Below are positions 9,626 through 20,600 of a stretch of DNA of 64,000 bases, piece by piece. A program made the translations under genes and the position numbers. The notes under the pieces were generated by a model. It did not search any database and had not been told where the DNA came from. It saw only the letters and a program-made list of their open reading frames with translations. The stretch covers positions 1-64,000 of the IMG/VR virus record IMGVR_UViG_3300028920_000001. One strand, given 5' to 3'. Each line of letters begins with the position of its first letter. The stretch's first letter is position 1.

Positions 9626-12187
9626 ATGGCATATAAAGATCTAGGTTCCGGAGTAAGTCAAAAACCTCAGCTCCTCAGCACCGGAGATCAATTTTCGGCT
9701 GAGCAAAAATCCTATGAATCAGTTGTAGTTCAAGAAGATGCTCCCATGATTGATTGGGAGATGAATCTACGGAGCGAAATCAAATCAGATTATGGATTAA
9801 GATTAGTTACCCAAAAGTCATACCCTTCCTGTTTTCTAACCAGTGATTTTCTCGAGAATACAGAACCATCAAATTCTTTTGAATTTTTGACTGCTAGTGT
9901 TGGTAACGAAAATAAATTTATTCTTAAAGCTTGTGACGCTATTGTGAACGGATGGCCTGTTCACATTGAATATTCTGACACTAACACTGATGGTGAAAAT
10001 GAAATTACTTTATCTGTTCCTCCGGGTGCTGGTGTTAGAACTGATTTAGTTATCCTTGAAGTATGGAGGGCCCTGGTTAAAGCAGCTCCTGATACGGCTA
10101 ATAAGAGCCCGACTAGCTTAATACTAAGAAATGGAAATGTTAAAGCTCCTGATACAGTCAATTTAACCGATGATTTAATTGATCCAACATATGCAGCAGA
10201 ATCTCAAGCTCGAGTGCAAATTCAATATCGACTTAGAGTTATTGATGGTGTTGATGCTTTTACTTATCCTGATATTTTGGATGATCCCGCTATCGTAGCT
10301 CATACTGTAAGTGATTTTTCGGGGCCTGGAGCTGACGGAAGCGCTACAGCATTTCAATTTGCAGTTGCCGATCATGATAAATCATTGTGGATAGCAGGTA
10401 CGGGCACTGTTGGTGATGCTAATGCATTGGGCACAGTGGATGGTTTTATGTATGCCATTCCGGTATGCGTAATTGCTCGTCGTAATGACGGCGCTTTTGA
10501 TCAAACACTGAATCTTAATGGTGGAAGCTTAATAGTATCGGCAAGTTCAACTCGTCCTGATGGACTATTTTCTGATCAAATTGTTGCCAGTGATGTCAAG
10601 GACTTGAGAAAAGGTTGTTCTAACAATCCTCGAGAAATTTTAGAACAAGCAACTGCTCAGCTATTCAATAATAGTTTGTCTACCGAGTTAGAAGTCGGAT
10701 TAAAAGGGACAGCTGGAACTTCTTTCTTAGAAGTTAGCAGTATTGGATTTGGTGAGAGAATCGGCAATACTGACACGGCTCGTCGTCGTTTCAGTGATCG
10801 TCCTTATTCTGAAGTTGTGGTTGGAAAGATTGTTGTAGGTGGTACACCTCAGAGTGCCTTTTACATTGATTTGAATAATTTTACTATTTCATGGGGGGCT
10901 GGAGCGACGGGAATTGATACTTTAACCCCGAATGCCACCTTAGGTCGAATTAATCAAGTTAGAGTAGTTGATACTGGAGTGCCAAGTGATGTTGATTTAA
11001 TAATTACTGGTGGAATTAGAGATATCACATATACCTCTCCTACATTAGCTGTAATTAACACTATTTCTTCCTATTCTAATGTTACTATTTACGTGGAATG
11101 TGTGATTGACTATCCGGCTGGTATCGGTGTCGATCGCAACATGTTGTCTGTCCATGATATCTGGGTTCCATCAGCTGCGACTTTAGGTGCTTGGGTTGAC
11201 AGTTCGCTTTTTGTAGTTACTCCGGATGTAACTCGATATAGCTTAATTCCAAATTCAGCTGTTCCTCCAGTCCCAATGTGGGAAGAAGATCCAGCTCATC
11301 GAGAAGTTAAGATCCAGCTTCAGTCAGTTGATCAGGTAGCTACATTTTATTCTTATAGTACTAATCAAGTATGGGTGCCTGATCGAATAAACTATGAGGA
11401 TGTAACTATTGATGATGGAATTAATCCTCCATATTCTACCGGGAATTACACTAAAGATACTGCTTATACTCAAATCTTTTTATCGATTGCAGTGCCATCT
11501 GGAACCCCGGTTCAAGTCACTTACAAAGCTTTACGGGCTTTACCTTATGTAAACAGCGCAAATCGAGTTCAGGTATTTTATCAAACTCGTGCTATTCAAT
11601 CTTTACTTCCACCGGCCGGATCTCAGACTCTTGAATTAGTTCCTCGAGCTATAGGGAATCTACATACAATTTCACATGGTTCGGGAAGTCCTGATTATCC
11701 AACCCCATTTATTCAGCCTGGAGCTCAGGTGCCTGTTGGATTATTACCTACTATTATTGAAGCTAAAATAGATGCACCGGCCGGGGATCTTAATTCTGGT
11801 TTGACTTTAAGTTTCTCTGGTATTCAAACTCATATTCCGTATTACCCAGAACCGCAATCGGTTACATTGCATCGGGAACCTGGAGATACGGTTATAGATG
11901 GTGATCAAAGAAATTTCTGGCCTCAATCCGATACTGCTGATGTGGTAGTTAAAGGTACTCCCTATATAGGGGAGAATAAACATAAGACTGTTTTACCTAC
12001 TTTAATGGAAGTGAAGTCTGATTTTCAAAGTGTGGGTAAATCTGGCACTTTCGTATTAGTGGTGTTTACTGGATACAATGAATTTGAGAAGGGAACTGAA
12101 ATTAATTTAACTAATTTAATAGGGGATTCGGCAGCAGCGGTTTATAGGGTTCGTGGGAATTTCATGAATGTGCGCAGGTCTGACTAA
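9626..12187 (+). CDS. Large virion structural protein (baseplate/tail), paralog of 12974-17623
   Basis: Shares the blocks AIVNGWP, LE.W, DDLIDP..RVQIQYR.RV, GTVDG..YAIP and RPDGLF.DQ...D..DLR with 12974-17623. Confidence 0.65.
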   Translation: MAYKDLGSGVSQKPQLLSTGDQFSAEQKSYESVVVQEDAPMIDWEMNLRSEIKSDYGLRLVTQKSYPSCFLTSDFLENTEPSNSFEFLTASVGNENKFILKACDAIVNGWPVHIEYSDTNTDGENEITLSVPPGAGVRTDLVILEVWRALVKAAPDTANKSPTSLILRNGNVKAPDTVNLTDDLIDPTYAAESQARVQIQYRLRVIDGVDAFTYPDILDDPAIVAHTVSDFSGPGADGSATAFQFAVADHDKSLWIAGTGTVGDANALGTVDGFMYAIPVCVIARRNDGAFDQTLNLNGGSLIVSASSTRPDGLFSDQIVASDVKDLRKGCSNNPREILEQATAQLFNNSLSTELEVGLKGTAGTSFLEVSSIGFGERIGNTDTARRRFSDRPYSEVVVGKIVVGGTPQSAFYIDLNNFTISWGAGATGIDTLTPNATLGRINQVRVVDTGVPSDVDLIITGGIRDITYTSPTLAVINTISSYSNVTIYVECVIDYPAGIGVDRNMLSVHDIWVPSAATLGAWVDSSLFVVTPDVTRYSLIPNSAVPPVPMWEEDPAHREVKIQLQSVDQVATFYSYSTNQVWVPDRINYEDVTIDDGINPPYSTGNYTKDTAYTQIFLSIAVPSGTPVQVTYKALRALPYVNSANRVQVFYQTRAIQSLLPPAGSQTLELVPRAIGNLHTISHGSGSPDYPTPFIQPGAQVPVGLLPTIIEAKIDAPAGDLNSGLTLSFSGIQTHIPYYPEPQSVTLHREPGDTVIDGDQRNFWPQSDTADVVVKGTPYIGENKHKTVLPTLMEVKSDFQSVGKSGTFVLVVFTGYNEFEKGTEINLTNLIGDSAAAVYRVRGNFMNVRRSD

Positions 12188-12828
12188 TGAATAGTTATAT
12201 CGTAAGGCAGCTTGATCATAAGGTAATTGGATTTAGTTCCAAGCCGCTGAACTATTCGGTGTCTGGATTGTATATCGTAGATATAGATTCAGCAATCCAT
12301 CCTCTTCCTGATTTAACCGGAAATTCAGTATCCGACTTATTGACTGCTAAGGAGGATGCTTATAAAGCATTAACTGGTCTTACTTCTACTTATTTGTCGG
12401 AAGAGCATACTTCTACAAAAGTTGAACAAAGTCTATCATCTAAATATATATCTGGATTTCCAAAAAAGACGGAATTGCTTGGATTAGGTTCGATTGTTAC
12501 CAGTAGTTTTGCTTTAGGCGGGATAGCTACTAAATTATACTGTCATTGGAAACCGGCCACATATGATATTGCTCAGGGTTCAGCTTTTGATCCGTCCTGG
12601 ACTCGATATAATTGGGATGCAGGGTCATCATCGTATATAAATTATGATCCTAGTTTATTTACGGTCGAGCTTAGGGATTTAGCCAACAGTGTTACTATTT
12701 TCACTTTTACTGCAGATACTCTTCATTCAGGATTGAGTGTTCCGAATGCATCATATAGATTAAGATTTACCAATACTGCTGCTGCTAGGTATACTTTATC
12801 GGATTGGTATTTACTCTGGGACGTCTAA
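12187..12828 (+). CDS. Hypothetical virion structural protein
   Basis: Translationally coupled and located between the large structural genes. Confidence 0.55.
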   Translation: MNSYIVRQLDHKVIGFSSKPLNYSVSGLYIVDIDSAIHPLPDLTGNSVSDLLTAKEDAYKALTGLTSTYLSEEHTSTKVEQSLSSKYISGFPKKTELLGLGSIVTSSFALGGIATKLYCHWKPATYDIAQGSAFDPSWTRYNWDAGSSSYINYDPSLFTVELRDLANSVTIFTFTADTLHSGLSVPNASYRLRFTNTAAARYTLSDWYLLWDV

Positions 12829-12973
12829 TTTATTGGTATTATTTATTATATTGCAATGCTATTCAGACGGCACAAAGATCTGAACACCATAGGCTACTTA
12901 TATAGTGGGAAACTGGGTTTTCAAGCATTCATTGAACAGGATCCAGTAAACATCGTGACGGAGTCTGCCTAAC

Positions 12974-15900
12974 ATGGCTAATCCCCTCGGATCTGGCGTA
13001 ACTAGATATATTAATGGTAGGGACAAACAGTTAGGGTCTGTTATTATTCAAAGTAACAAACCTATTCTGGATTCCGAATTAAATCTTGCTCAGTTTGTTG
13101 ATTTAGAAGCTCGAGCTGAAGAAGTAAGGTCAAGAGTACCTTCGGGTTGGCTAATCAATGAAGCTAATCCGATGAATGACTTTGTTACTCATCCAAATTA
13201 TTCGAACTTATTTTTCTTTGGAAATCAGCATGTTAATGAGCTTCGAGATCTTCAGTGGGCAATTGTAAATGGGTGGCCCATACCTGTTACTGCTACTCGG
13301 ACTGGAGCTCCACCTCTTAGTCCGAATAATTTTGATACTTGGAATCGAATTGAATTAAATCCTCCCGGTGGAGCAACCGGTGGAAATAAAGTTGAATTCA
13401 TATTTCTTGAAGCCTGGTTACAACGTATAGATGTTGATCCAGCGCCACCAACTATTGCTCCTGGAAAACCTCAACGAGGATTTCTCTATCGATTTGGAAA
13501 TGTTGAGAGTGGATATTCATATTTACCAGACGACTTAATTGATCCGGACATGAATTTTGAGACTTCTAAGAGAATTCAGATTCAATACCGAATTCGAGTT
13601 ATTCAGAATATCAATCTTTCTCAATATCCTGAAGGGTTTGATCCTACTTTAGTTTTTGCTCAGGGTCCTCTCAGTACTCCGAGTGCTCTTTATTTCACAA
13701 ATATGCGTAAAGAACTCGGTGATCCTGGTCTATGGCGTGCCGGCACTGGTGATTCTGATTTAGTCGGAACAGTAGATGGTTATATTTATGCTATCCCGAT
13801 TTCAGCAGTATTCCGGCGCAATAGTGCAGGGTTCTCTGATACTGGAAATTTAGCAGGTGCATTTAATCGAAATAGTACTGCTACAACCAGAGAAGATGCT
13901 ATTGTTTATTCGAGTGGCCTCACTCTTCCCACCGACATTGCTGATACTGACACTCAATTCACTCTAACTACCATCTCCGGCACTGTGCTAGAGAATATGA
14001 GTTCGTTTGGGGAAGCATACTTTAGAGTCGATGATGAAATAATTCGAATTAGTAATATTAATCAAACGAGCCCGACTTCATTTGTAATTACTTTTGATCG
14101 AGGTCAATTACTAACTACTATCAGGGCCCATAGTGCTGGCAAGGCGCTCAATCTCTATACTGTTCGACCCGATGGGCTGTTTGCTGATCAGGTTGCGAGA
14201 ACTGACATTCTTGATCTTCGTCATTCAGTTGCTGATAAATTCGATTATGATTCCATCCTTAAAACTAATTTAGTTGAGCTTCTTAAGGGTAATTTACGTA
14301 CTGCTTGGAAGAGATTTGGTTCTACTAATACTGCGGGTCCGGTAGTTCTTTATGGTGATCGGATCACTGATGATTCGATCTTTGTTGGTGGTTTATCCAG
14401 GCTTGATGGCCCTAATGGTAACCGGCGAACTTGGTCTGATGCTATCACGACTGAACGGTTAGTAGTTTCTTGTCGTAATCCATCTGATAGTAACGCAATT
14501 GGTGATGATTTAGAAGTTTCAGTCGCTCCTTATAATATTATTGTGGAGTGGTCTAATGCTGATGCCACTAGATTGCCTGGTTCGCGTATTGATAGTGGTG
14601 TGTCTAAATGGTTTAATGGTGATAAGATTAAGATTAATTTAGCTGAATTTCAAGATGGTTTACCAGTAACGGATGCTGATCAAGTCAGGTTCATTACTCC
14701 GGATGAAGATGAAGATGCTGTTTTAATTCATTTTGAGGGAATGATTTCAGATCCTAATGGAGCAAATCCTTCAGTCGCCCCTTATTCAACTTGTCCATCT
14801 GTCACACTTCCGGTATTTTCTTCTGCTCCGACAGGGAATCGAATTCTGAAACATGGGCAAGGTATTACTGTTACTGTTGATGGATCTGGTAATCTCGAAA
14901 TTGAACTTGATAGTGGTACTTCTGGCACAGTTTTCCAAGAATTCCAGGACTGTCTTGATAATTTAGATACGATCACTTCTGATACTGCTGCAGCGTCATT
15001 AATGCACATTCAAGTTGGTGTTGTTTATGGTTCTGGACGTGGCTTATCGCATAAGCCAGATTATGTCCATAATGTGCATTATCGAGGAGATGCTTCTAAT
15101 TCGTCCAAGGTCATGTTACGGCCTGGGCTTAATAATGGGAATCGAATGATTCCTAGTTATGTTAGTTTTTCTCCTTATGTTCAAACTGGCAAGCATCGTG
15201 ACTTAGCTGTTACTTCTGAGGTAATGGTTGATACTGGATCAAAAACTATTAAAGTTCAGCCTTATCGGAATGTTTTATTACCGCCTTTGATTGTTCGAAA
15301 TGGAAATGTTTTGAATTGGGGTAATCTGGCTCAGCCTCAAGGGGCAATGCCGATGTATGATGAGCCTCGAACTACTCTTGTTCATACTTATGTTGATCCA
15401 CTTGATTTATTCTATATCGGGAACACTAATACTCGATACGTAGAAATTCCGTGGGAATATCTTCCTCGGCCTGGACTGCATCACGTTCCAATTATTCCAG
15501 TAACGGGGACAGTGTTCCCATCCGGAATCAATTTCTTGCTGATGTCTAAGACTGGATCAGTTGGAAGTACATCGGACTGGAATAGGAATTTAGTTGCATA
15601 TCCGTCGGCTTCTCCCGGTTACTATGTTGTAACCCCTGTAATTGGGGAAACTTACGGCGATTCATCTTCTTCTACTTCATGTTTCGGACAGAAATATGAA
15701 AATGAGGTATTGCCTACTTTAAGTGGACCATTTAGGGGCATCCAATTCCCGCCGTTTTATGGTCCTGCTCGAATCACTGGTGTTTATCTTCGTGATACGA
15801 CTGGAGCTCTTCCATACCCAACTACTCCAACATCTTCTCCATTCAACAATAATCGACAATTTGTTGGTGGTGTAGGAACTGATATTAACTTACTTAAGGA

Positions 15901-17623
15901 CGATTTTGATGGACCTACATTCTTGCTGGACGTAGACGCCAACGGTGATATCACATTTGTTTTGAATGCTGATGTTATTGATCTGACTAAAGCTCCGTCT
16001 GGAACTACCTGGGATAATTCAGAATTTATTGTTGAGTGCACTTTGTTTGCATTCGATCGTGGATTTCTTCAGACTAATGGTCGCTTGCTAATTACGCAAG
16101 CTAAAGGTCAAAGTCTGTCAGTTGATCTGAATACTTTCATTGATAATTCGGATGAACGGACTGGAATTATTGCACCAGCACCATTAACTTTAGGTGCTAC
16201 TAACAACGAACTTACCATTTTTTATAGTCGTCAACCTTATCAAGGTGACGTATTTGGTACTCGAGATGCTTATTCTGACGATGTTCAACGTCTTGGTCCA
16301 TTAACAGTATCTGAAGCTACTAGCATTTTTTCAAATCACCAGGGGCCAATTAATACGCTCACATTGTCAAATAAGACAGGGTTCGAAGTCCTGGCTGCAA
16401 CCAATTTTGTGACTTCATTAGGTACAGGGCGGCTTTCTGGATCTAATCCGATTCCGTTACTAACTGAAGAACAAAAGCCGGACGAAGTTATTGATTACGC
16501 GGGAACTTTAGTTGATTTTGATCGACGGTTTTCTCTTAATCGAGTTGGATATGAAGACTGGGAAACACCTCTGTTTCCAGTGGTAGAGGCTTCTGTTGCA
16601 GCCCGTCCAGATATTGAATTAGGTGCAATTTCGGAAGTATATGATCGAGATGTAAATACCGAATTTGCTGGATGTATTAGTCAGCTTCCTCTCGGAATTT
16701 ATTTCCGTGACAAAGATTTCATTGGAAAGACTTTATATCAGATTCGGAGTGCTAATAATATTGGTGCGATTCCACTAGGTACTCTTTACTTCCCGCCCTT
16801 CGAATCTCCCGTATCAGCACTTTCTCCGGGTCAATCCACTTGGGAAGGTGTGGAATTTGTTTGTGGGCAATCTAGTAGTGCATCTGGAGTCGGTGGAGAA
16901 GCACTGATTAAGGTAGATGGCACTGCTAATTACGGTAGTGTTACTCAATTTAAGGCTGCTCGAGGTGGTGCTGGTTGGTCCGTGACTAATCCATGGCCAG
17001 GTGCTGCCATTTCGGCGAAATTACCTAAAGCTCGGCCTAATTCCAATGCCGGCGCAGTTCTTTCTGGAATTGCATACTTGGTGAGGTCACAACCTGAAAC
17101 TGTGAATTCAATTGAAGTTCATCCTGGAAATGAACTTCAGTTATTGATAGTTACCCAAGCAGCTCCTACTTATTTCCGGGATTCTGATATCCTTCATTCT
17201 GCTTCTGGTACGAATGAAGGTTATACTGCGGTAGACAGGTATCGAATTTGGGGGCGTCCATTAGTTAAGCGTCGAGGTGAGATTGATGTTTCGTCATCAG
17301 TAATGCCATCGCCTCCGCCTATCTTTGTCAATAATATTTATGATGATCCAGTTTTCTATGGATCTAGTGATGTGAGCTTGAATTCAGTTGCGCACGGTCA
17401 ATTGGTGGTTACATCTGATGGTCAAACTGGATTCAGTCTACCTTCTCAGCCAATTAATCAAGACGCTCCAATGATTTGGGTGCGTGGTGTGAAGTTAGAT
17501 AAGGATACAGACTATACAATTAGTGGAGCAACGAACCAAACGCTTACTTACATCCCTAGTTTCCCGGATAACACGGAACTAGAGGTAGACGATGTGCTTG
17601 AATACTACTATCTAAGGATCTGA
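12974..17623 (+). CDS. Very large virion structural protein (baseplate/tail)
   Basis: 1549 aa and beta-rich; C-terminal 'DGQTGFSL...VWVRGVKL...DYTISG' Ig-like module. Confidence 0.65.
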   Translation: MANPLGSGVTRYINGRDKQLGSVIIQSNKPILDSELNLAQFVDLEARAEEVRSRVPSGWLINEANPMNDFVTHPNYSNLFFFGNQHVNELRDLQWAIVNGWPIPVTATRTGAPPLSPNNFDTWNRIELNPPGGATGGNKVEFIFLEAWLQRIDVDPAPPTIAPGKPQRGFLYRFGNVESGYSYLPDDLIDPDMNFETSKRIQIQYRIRVIQNINLSQYPEGFDPTLVFAQGPLSTPSALYFTNMRKELGDPGLWRAGTGDSDLVGTVDGYIYAIPISAVFRRNSAGFSDTGNLAGAFNRNSTATTREDAIVYSSGLTLPTDIADTDTQFTLTTISGTVLENMSSFGEAYFRVDDEIIRISNINQTSPTSFVITFDRGQLLTTIRAHSAGKALNLYTVRPDGLFADQVARTDILDLRHSVADKFDYDSILKTNLVELLKGNLRTAWKRFGSTNTAGPVVLYGDRITDDSIFVGGLSRLDGPNGNRRTWSDAITTERLVVSCRNPSDSNAIGDDLEVSVAPYNIIVEWSNADATRLPGSRIDSGVSKWFNGDKIKINLAEFQDGLPVTDADQVRFITPDEDEDAVLIHFEGMISDPNGANPSVAPYSTCPSVTLPVFSSAPTGNRILKHGQGITVTVDGSGNLEIELDSGTSGTVFQEFQDCLDNLDTITSDTAAASLMHIQVGVVYGSGRGLSHKPDYVHNVHYRGDASNSSKVMLRPGLNNGNRMIPSYVSFSPYVQTGKHRDLAVTSEVMVDTGSKTIKVQPYRNVLLPPLIVRNGNVLNWGNLAQPQGAMPMYDEPRTTLVHTYVDPLDLFYIGNTNTRYVEIPWEYLPRPGLHHVPIIPVTGTVFPSGINFLLMSKTGSVGSTSDWNRNLVAYPSASPGYYVVTPVIGETYGDSSSSTSCFGQKYENEVLPTLSGPFRGIQFPPFYGPARITGVYLRDTTGALPYPTTPTSSPFNNNRQFVGGVGTDINLLKDDFDGPTFLLDVDANGDITFVLNADVIDLTKAPSGTTWDNSEFIVECTLFAFDRGFLQTNGRLLITQAKGQSLSVDLNTFIDNSDERTGIIAPAPLTLGATNNELTIFYSRQPYQGDVFGTRDAYSDDVQRLGPLTVSEATSIFSNHQGPINTLTLSNKTGFEVLAATNFVTSLGTGRLSGSNPIPLLTEEQKPDEVIDYAGTLVDFDRRFSLNRVGYEDWETPLFPVVEASVAARPDIELGAISEVYDRDVNTEFAGCISQLPLGIYFRDKDFIGKTLYQIRSANNIGAIPLGTLYFPPFESPVSALSPGQSTWEGVEFVCGQSSSASGVGGEALIKVDGTANYGSVTQFKAARGGAGWSVTNPWPGAAISAKLPKARPNSNAGAVLSGIAYLVRSQPETVNSIEVHPGNELQLLIVTQAAPTYFRDSDILHSASGTNEGYTAVDRYRIWGRPLVKRRGEIDVSSSVMPSPPPIFVNNIYDDPVFYGSSDVSLNSVAHGQLVVTSDGQTGFSLPSQPINQDAPMIWVRGVKLDKDTDYTISGATNQTLTYIPSFPDNTELEVDDVLEYYYLRI

Positions 17624-17630
17624 TAAAACC

Positions 17631-20600
17631 ATGGTCCGCCCTCGTAAAGCACAGATTAAGAATAGTCAAACTCGTCATAGTTTGTTTAAATATGACGTTC
17701 CAATTACCAATCATCCAACTAGTCCGACTGGTATAACATCAACTAATATAACAGCAGCAGTTATGAATGCTGCTATTGTTACTGATACTCCTGAAGGTGC
17801 ACAAGAAGATGTACCAGCCCGACTTGTTTCTACTTTATCTGAGCCCTACTCTGTTATTGGAGGTGAAGCTTTTACTATTAGAGCAGATGAAAGTTTTGCT
17901 CTTACTACTGTTACTTTATCTAATTCTGATACCACAGCTTCTCGAATTGCTAATACGATTAATACGGCAGTCGGTCAGACTATTGCATCTAACTATAAAG
18001 GAAAATTAGTCATTGAATCCTTTGCCGCTGGAAGTGATGGTTTGCTTGAAATCGCAGATTCTATAGCTGGTACTCTTGCCACTCTAGGATTAACTGCTGG
18101 TACCTATTTAGGATTAGATGCCGGAACTCGAGGTGTAGTTACTAGATCAATAGATGGAAAAGGAGGCTGGGTTCCATTAGAGACCCCTAGTGGTAAGGAT
18201 TTACTTACTGATTGTCCTTCTATTATTTATTATAGTCGACGAACAACAACTGGAGGATCATATATACCATATGTTCCATCAGGGCTGCCTGTTCATGGTC
18301 GGCTTACCTGGGATGGTTCTCAGTATGTTTTAACATATCATACTCAAATTAACTCATTTCCTGAAGTTATTACCTTCAATAGTGACTTTAATGCACTCAA
18401 TTCTTTAGATAATTTTGATCTCGATTTTAATTTCTTAGAACTCAATGATAAAGATGATGTTAGTGTAAATATTAATTTTACTGGTTCCCATACTCGAGAT
18501 GAAGTTATAGATATTATTAATTCTGCAGTTGCAACAGCTCTTTCATTTACTACTCCTGTTTGTGGTCCTGCTACTATTCGTAGCACTATGAGTCAGCCTT
18601 TTTCGTTTTATGGTGATGATGTATTATGTTTTGAAATTGATGGGGGTTCAGTTCAAACTACTACTCTAACTCTTTCACATGTTACAGCTCAAAATGTAGT
18701 TGATAAAATTAATTCTGATATTACAGGAGTAACTGCTTCTGTAATATCTATTGGTAATAAGAAATTAGTTCAAATAATCAGTGATAACATTAATGGTTAC
18801 AGTTCTTCTATTAATATTTATGATGCTGCATCTACTGGTTCTTCTAGAAACAAAGCTACCGAAAGGCTTGGGATATCACAAGGTGTGTATCGTGGTACCT
18901 TTGTGGCTGAACCTTATGGAACTAATGAAATTAGAATTCGTGGTTTAGTTCGTGGATCTGCTGGTTATATTACTATTGGAGGAAATGCTGGTACACTTGT
19001 TAAATTAGGGCTTATTGCTGGTACTTATACTGGATCTGATGAATTAATTGAAGAAGAGGTTGATTTACCGCAACAGACATCTAATTCTGTAAATACTGAT
19101 GCCGAAATTAGAGCATTGATTCCTGAAGTAATGGAATTTGGTGAGGTTTATCCTGCTGTTCATTCAGTTAATGAACAGTTTGATTCTCGAGTTGCTGGTT
19201 CTTCTGAGCTTCATTATAATTATAGTGAATTTGCCCCTCATCGAGATATCGTAGAAAAAGGAACACGAGGAGCAGGACGACCAGTAATTACAAATGGGTT
19301 AGGGCTCATTGATCGTTCATTTCTTACTCTAATTTTAAGTGAATTTTATAATTTAATCGGTCAATTTGTTAGTGGAACTAAGGATCCAGATTATACTTTA
19401 GTTGAAGCGTTGGTTGCCAATACAATTCAAACTCCTGGCTCCGAGGGAAATCCACTACCATCTAGTAGTAATTTTCATTTTGAAATTGATCCGGATGGAA
19501 TTTATTCAACTCCATCATTTTTTATCAGATTTTCTGGTTCTTCTGAACCATTTGAAGTACGAAAAGATACTGCGTATCCTTCGGAAAACACTTGGAAAGT
19601 TCGCATTGGAGAGAATGGGGAACCAGGAGTTTTATACGATCAATACGATGCCTTAAAATTTAGAGATATCAATACTATTGCTTCTGGAGATAATACAGGA
19701 GGATATCATTATCTTCCATTAACTGGGCCCGATGCTCATTATGTGCGTTTGCTCGAGCAAGAAGTACAAAATACTGGTGACGAATCTATAATTAAGTCAA
19801 TCAATTCTAAATGGACTGTTACTGTCGGTGATGGCACTAAGACTTTTGGTGATTTTAATGGTGATACTGCTATTCAAGATGCAATTGATTATTTTGTAGC
19901 TAATGTAACTGGAGTAGGTGATTTAACTATTCAAGTTAAAACAGGAATATATGAAGCTGCTGTGGATATGAGTTCTCTCCCCGGTAGTTTTGTTTTGACT
20001 ATTCAAGGTTCGTCTGGTCAGGCTACTGCTATATCATTTAATACTATAGCAATTAAAGTAGGGGTGAGTGCTGATACTTTTGCTTTCCAAAAATTAATAC
20101 TTAAAGATATTGCTGTTAGTTCCAATACCTCTGCTGCTACTGTAATTCAAGTTAATAATGGGTGTACACTTGAATGTTATAGATGCAAATTTGATACGTC
20201 AGTTGTTTTTAGAAATGCTGACGCAGCTGTTTTTGAGAATTGTATTTTAAATTATAGTAACGTAGCTCCTCAGCCTAGAATTAGTTTCTTATATAAGGGA
20301 GGTGCTTCTACCTATGAAGATTTCATTTTTAGACATTGTGAATTAAGTGCAGATCATGAAAATCCACTGATTTTTGTTCAAGCACAAAATACTAGCACTG
20401 CTTCTTTAATTAGAAGAATCGTACTACAAGATTGCAAGGTTACTTTAGGTGGAACTACTGTTAATTCAGCTATTCTTGACAGCAATTCCGGGATCATAGA
20501 TTTAGACCCTAATGGTGCCGATGCTGCATCAAATCAGGGAATACGAATCAGTAATTTTGATTTAATTGATTGTGATGTTTCGTTTAGAAGTGTTAGTTCC

